A stretch of DNA of 64,000 nucleotides from an uncultured Planctomycetia bacterium (GTDB taxonomy: Bacteria > Omnitrophota > Gorgyraeia > Taenaricolales > CAZCCH01), in the NCBI GenBank assembly GCA_964497315.1, contig CAZCCH010000001.1, positions 56,106-120,105 on the forward strand. The letters are read 5' to 3'. Below, piece after piece: positions 63,013-64,000 of this stretch. The position numbers were made by a program, and so were the translations under genes. Under the pieces are notes generated by a model. That model saw nothing but the letters and a program-made list of their open reading frames with translations, ran no database searches and was not told where the DNA came from. The first letter of the stretch is position 1; every line of letters starts with the position of its first letter.

Positions 63013-63018
63013 TTACCC

Positions 63019-63053
63019 CGTCATTGCGAGGAGCGCAGCGACGAAGCAATCTC
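63019..63053 (+). repeat. CGTC-tagged REP-like palindromic element
   Basis: CGTCATTGCGAGGAGCGCAGCGACGAAGCAATCTC; ATTGC...GCAAT arms; GC-rich in AT-rich context. Confidence 0.6.
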
Positions 63054-63060
63054 CAGTCCA

Positions 63061-64000
63061 TCATTTCCCACCTCCCATCAGCTTGCTCTGTTCAATTACC
63101 TGTTTTGTGCCCTCGCTTGTGCTGTGGGCATAGATCTTGAATGAATCTATGTCTTTATGGCCTGTTACGGCCATGATATCGCGCTCTGCGTGGCCTTCTC
63201 TCAACATCCTGGTACAGAATGAGTGCCGGAACTCATGAGGGGTCAGCTGTTTGCCTATTATTTTCTCAGATACTCTCTTGATGTACTCTGTGTAATGGCC
63301 GCCATGAATGATATTGCCGTCTCTATTGGGAAAAAGCCATTGAGTTTTTCTTCTGTCAAAGGCATATCGCTTAATAATCCTGGCAAACTCTTCGTCTATG
63401 TCGCGGTATATGAATGGCTCGTTGGTTTTAGTGTCCTGCGGCTCAATTAATATCTCAACCGGCTTTAAACCGAGCCATTTGATATTGTGTCTTTTAATAG
63501 ATAAAGCTTGTGTTCTTCTCCAGCCAAATCGCATAATAATATATGTCGGGCCATAGTAATCAGGCCTGTCTTTCTTTATAAAGTTAAGCAATGATAGCAT
63601 TTCATTACGCGTGATTTCTTTATATCCTCTCCTGCGGCCCTTTGGCTTTTTGAATTTAGCAAATACTTCTGTCTGAATCACGCTATCGCAGCATCCGATA
63701 GCCACTAACTTGTTAAACATTGTCTTCAGTTTACCCAATTCCTCTCTCCATCCATTAACCCTGCCTTGCTCGACGACAACCCATTGCTTGTATTCTTCTA
63801 TAATATTGCTTGTGATTTGATTTGCACCTGTTAAATCCGGGCGCTTGGCAGGCAAAAACTTCTCAAAGAAGTTACGGAATACAGACCTGGTATTCTTAAG
63901 CGTCTTTGCCCTGACATTATCTGCTTTCAGCTTTACCTCTAATTTCTCCCAAAGCTCAGAAAAAGAAGGTGTATCTTCGCTTTTAGAATGAGGGCCCCCG
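63061..64000 (-). CDS. Tyrosine recombinase/integrase (5' end beyond window)
   Basis: Catalytic R (FGWRR), K (DTKT), HEFRH, TGH, Y (KIYAH); frame stays open from 63855 to the window edge. Confidence 0.88.
   Translation of the reverse strand, partial: GGPHSKSEDTPSFSELWEKLEVKLKADNVRAKTLKNTRSVFRNFFEKFLPAKRPDLTGANQITSNIIEEYKQWVVVEQGRVNGWREELGKLKTMFNKLVAIGCCDSVIQTEVFAKFKKPKGRRRGYKEITRNEMLSLLNFIKKDRPDYYGPTYIIMRFGWRRTQALSIKRHNIKWLGLKPVEILIEPQDTKTNEPFIYRDIDEEFARIIKRYAFDRRKTQWLFPNRDGNIIHGGHYTEYIKRVSEKIIGKQLTPHEFRHSFCTRMLREGHAERDIMAVTGHKDIDSFKIYAHSTSEGTKQVIEQSKLMGGGK

Noticed and set aside
62958-63140. 60-aa plus-strand ORF (PSLRGAQRRSNL)
   Set aside because: Translation of the REP-like element and arm repeats, overlapping the integrase end

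Overview
AT-rich bacterial chromosome segment, almost all on the minus strand. Gene content and order suggest a diderm anaerobe such as Omnitrophota; this is inference, not a database result. Most of the window is housekeeping: a thrS-infC-rpmI-rplT-ktrBA-pilT-lolC/D-ilvE-mcsAB-clpC-mlaEFD-radA-yacL-ispDF-cysES-tmk-holB-ricT-metG-iscS run, an F-type ATP synthase operon with two c subunits, a PyrR-attenuated pyr operon and five tRNA genes. The main finding is a tRNA-Phe(GAA) gene split in its T-stem by a compact, ORF-less 439-nt group II intron (37277..37715, minus) with recognisable domains I-VI, EBS1/IBS1, gamma-gamma' and a branch A. Second is a 1305-aa putatively secreted modular protein whose unrelated modules (HTH, TM/coiled coil, isoaspartyl methyltransferase, ADP-ribosyltransferase-like) are separated by a recurring RF[AST]E motif. 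Other accessory items: DNA-conserved GNVGIGTT repeats in a surface protein, a LAGLIDADG-like gene between tRNA-Val and thrS, an ATP-grasp/TldD/TldE locus, an AbiEii-XRE module bracketed by twin perfect palindromes, and the att end of an integrated element with its tyrosine integrase at the right edge.
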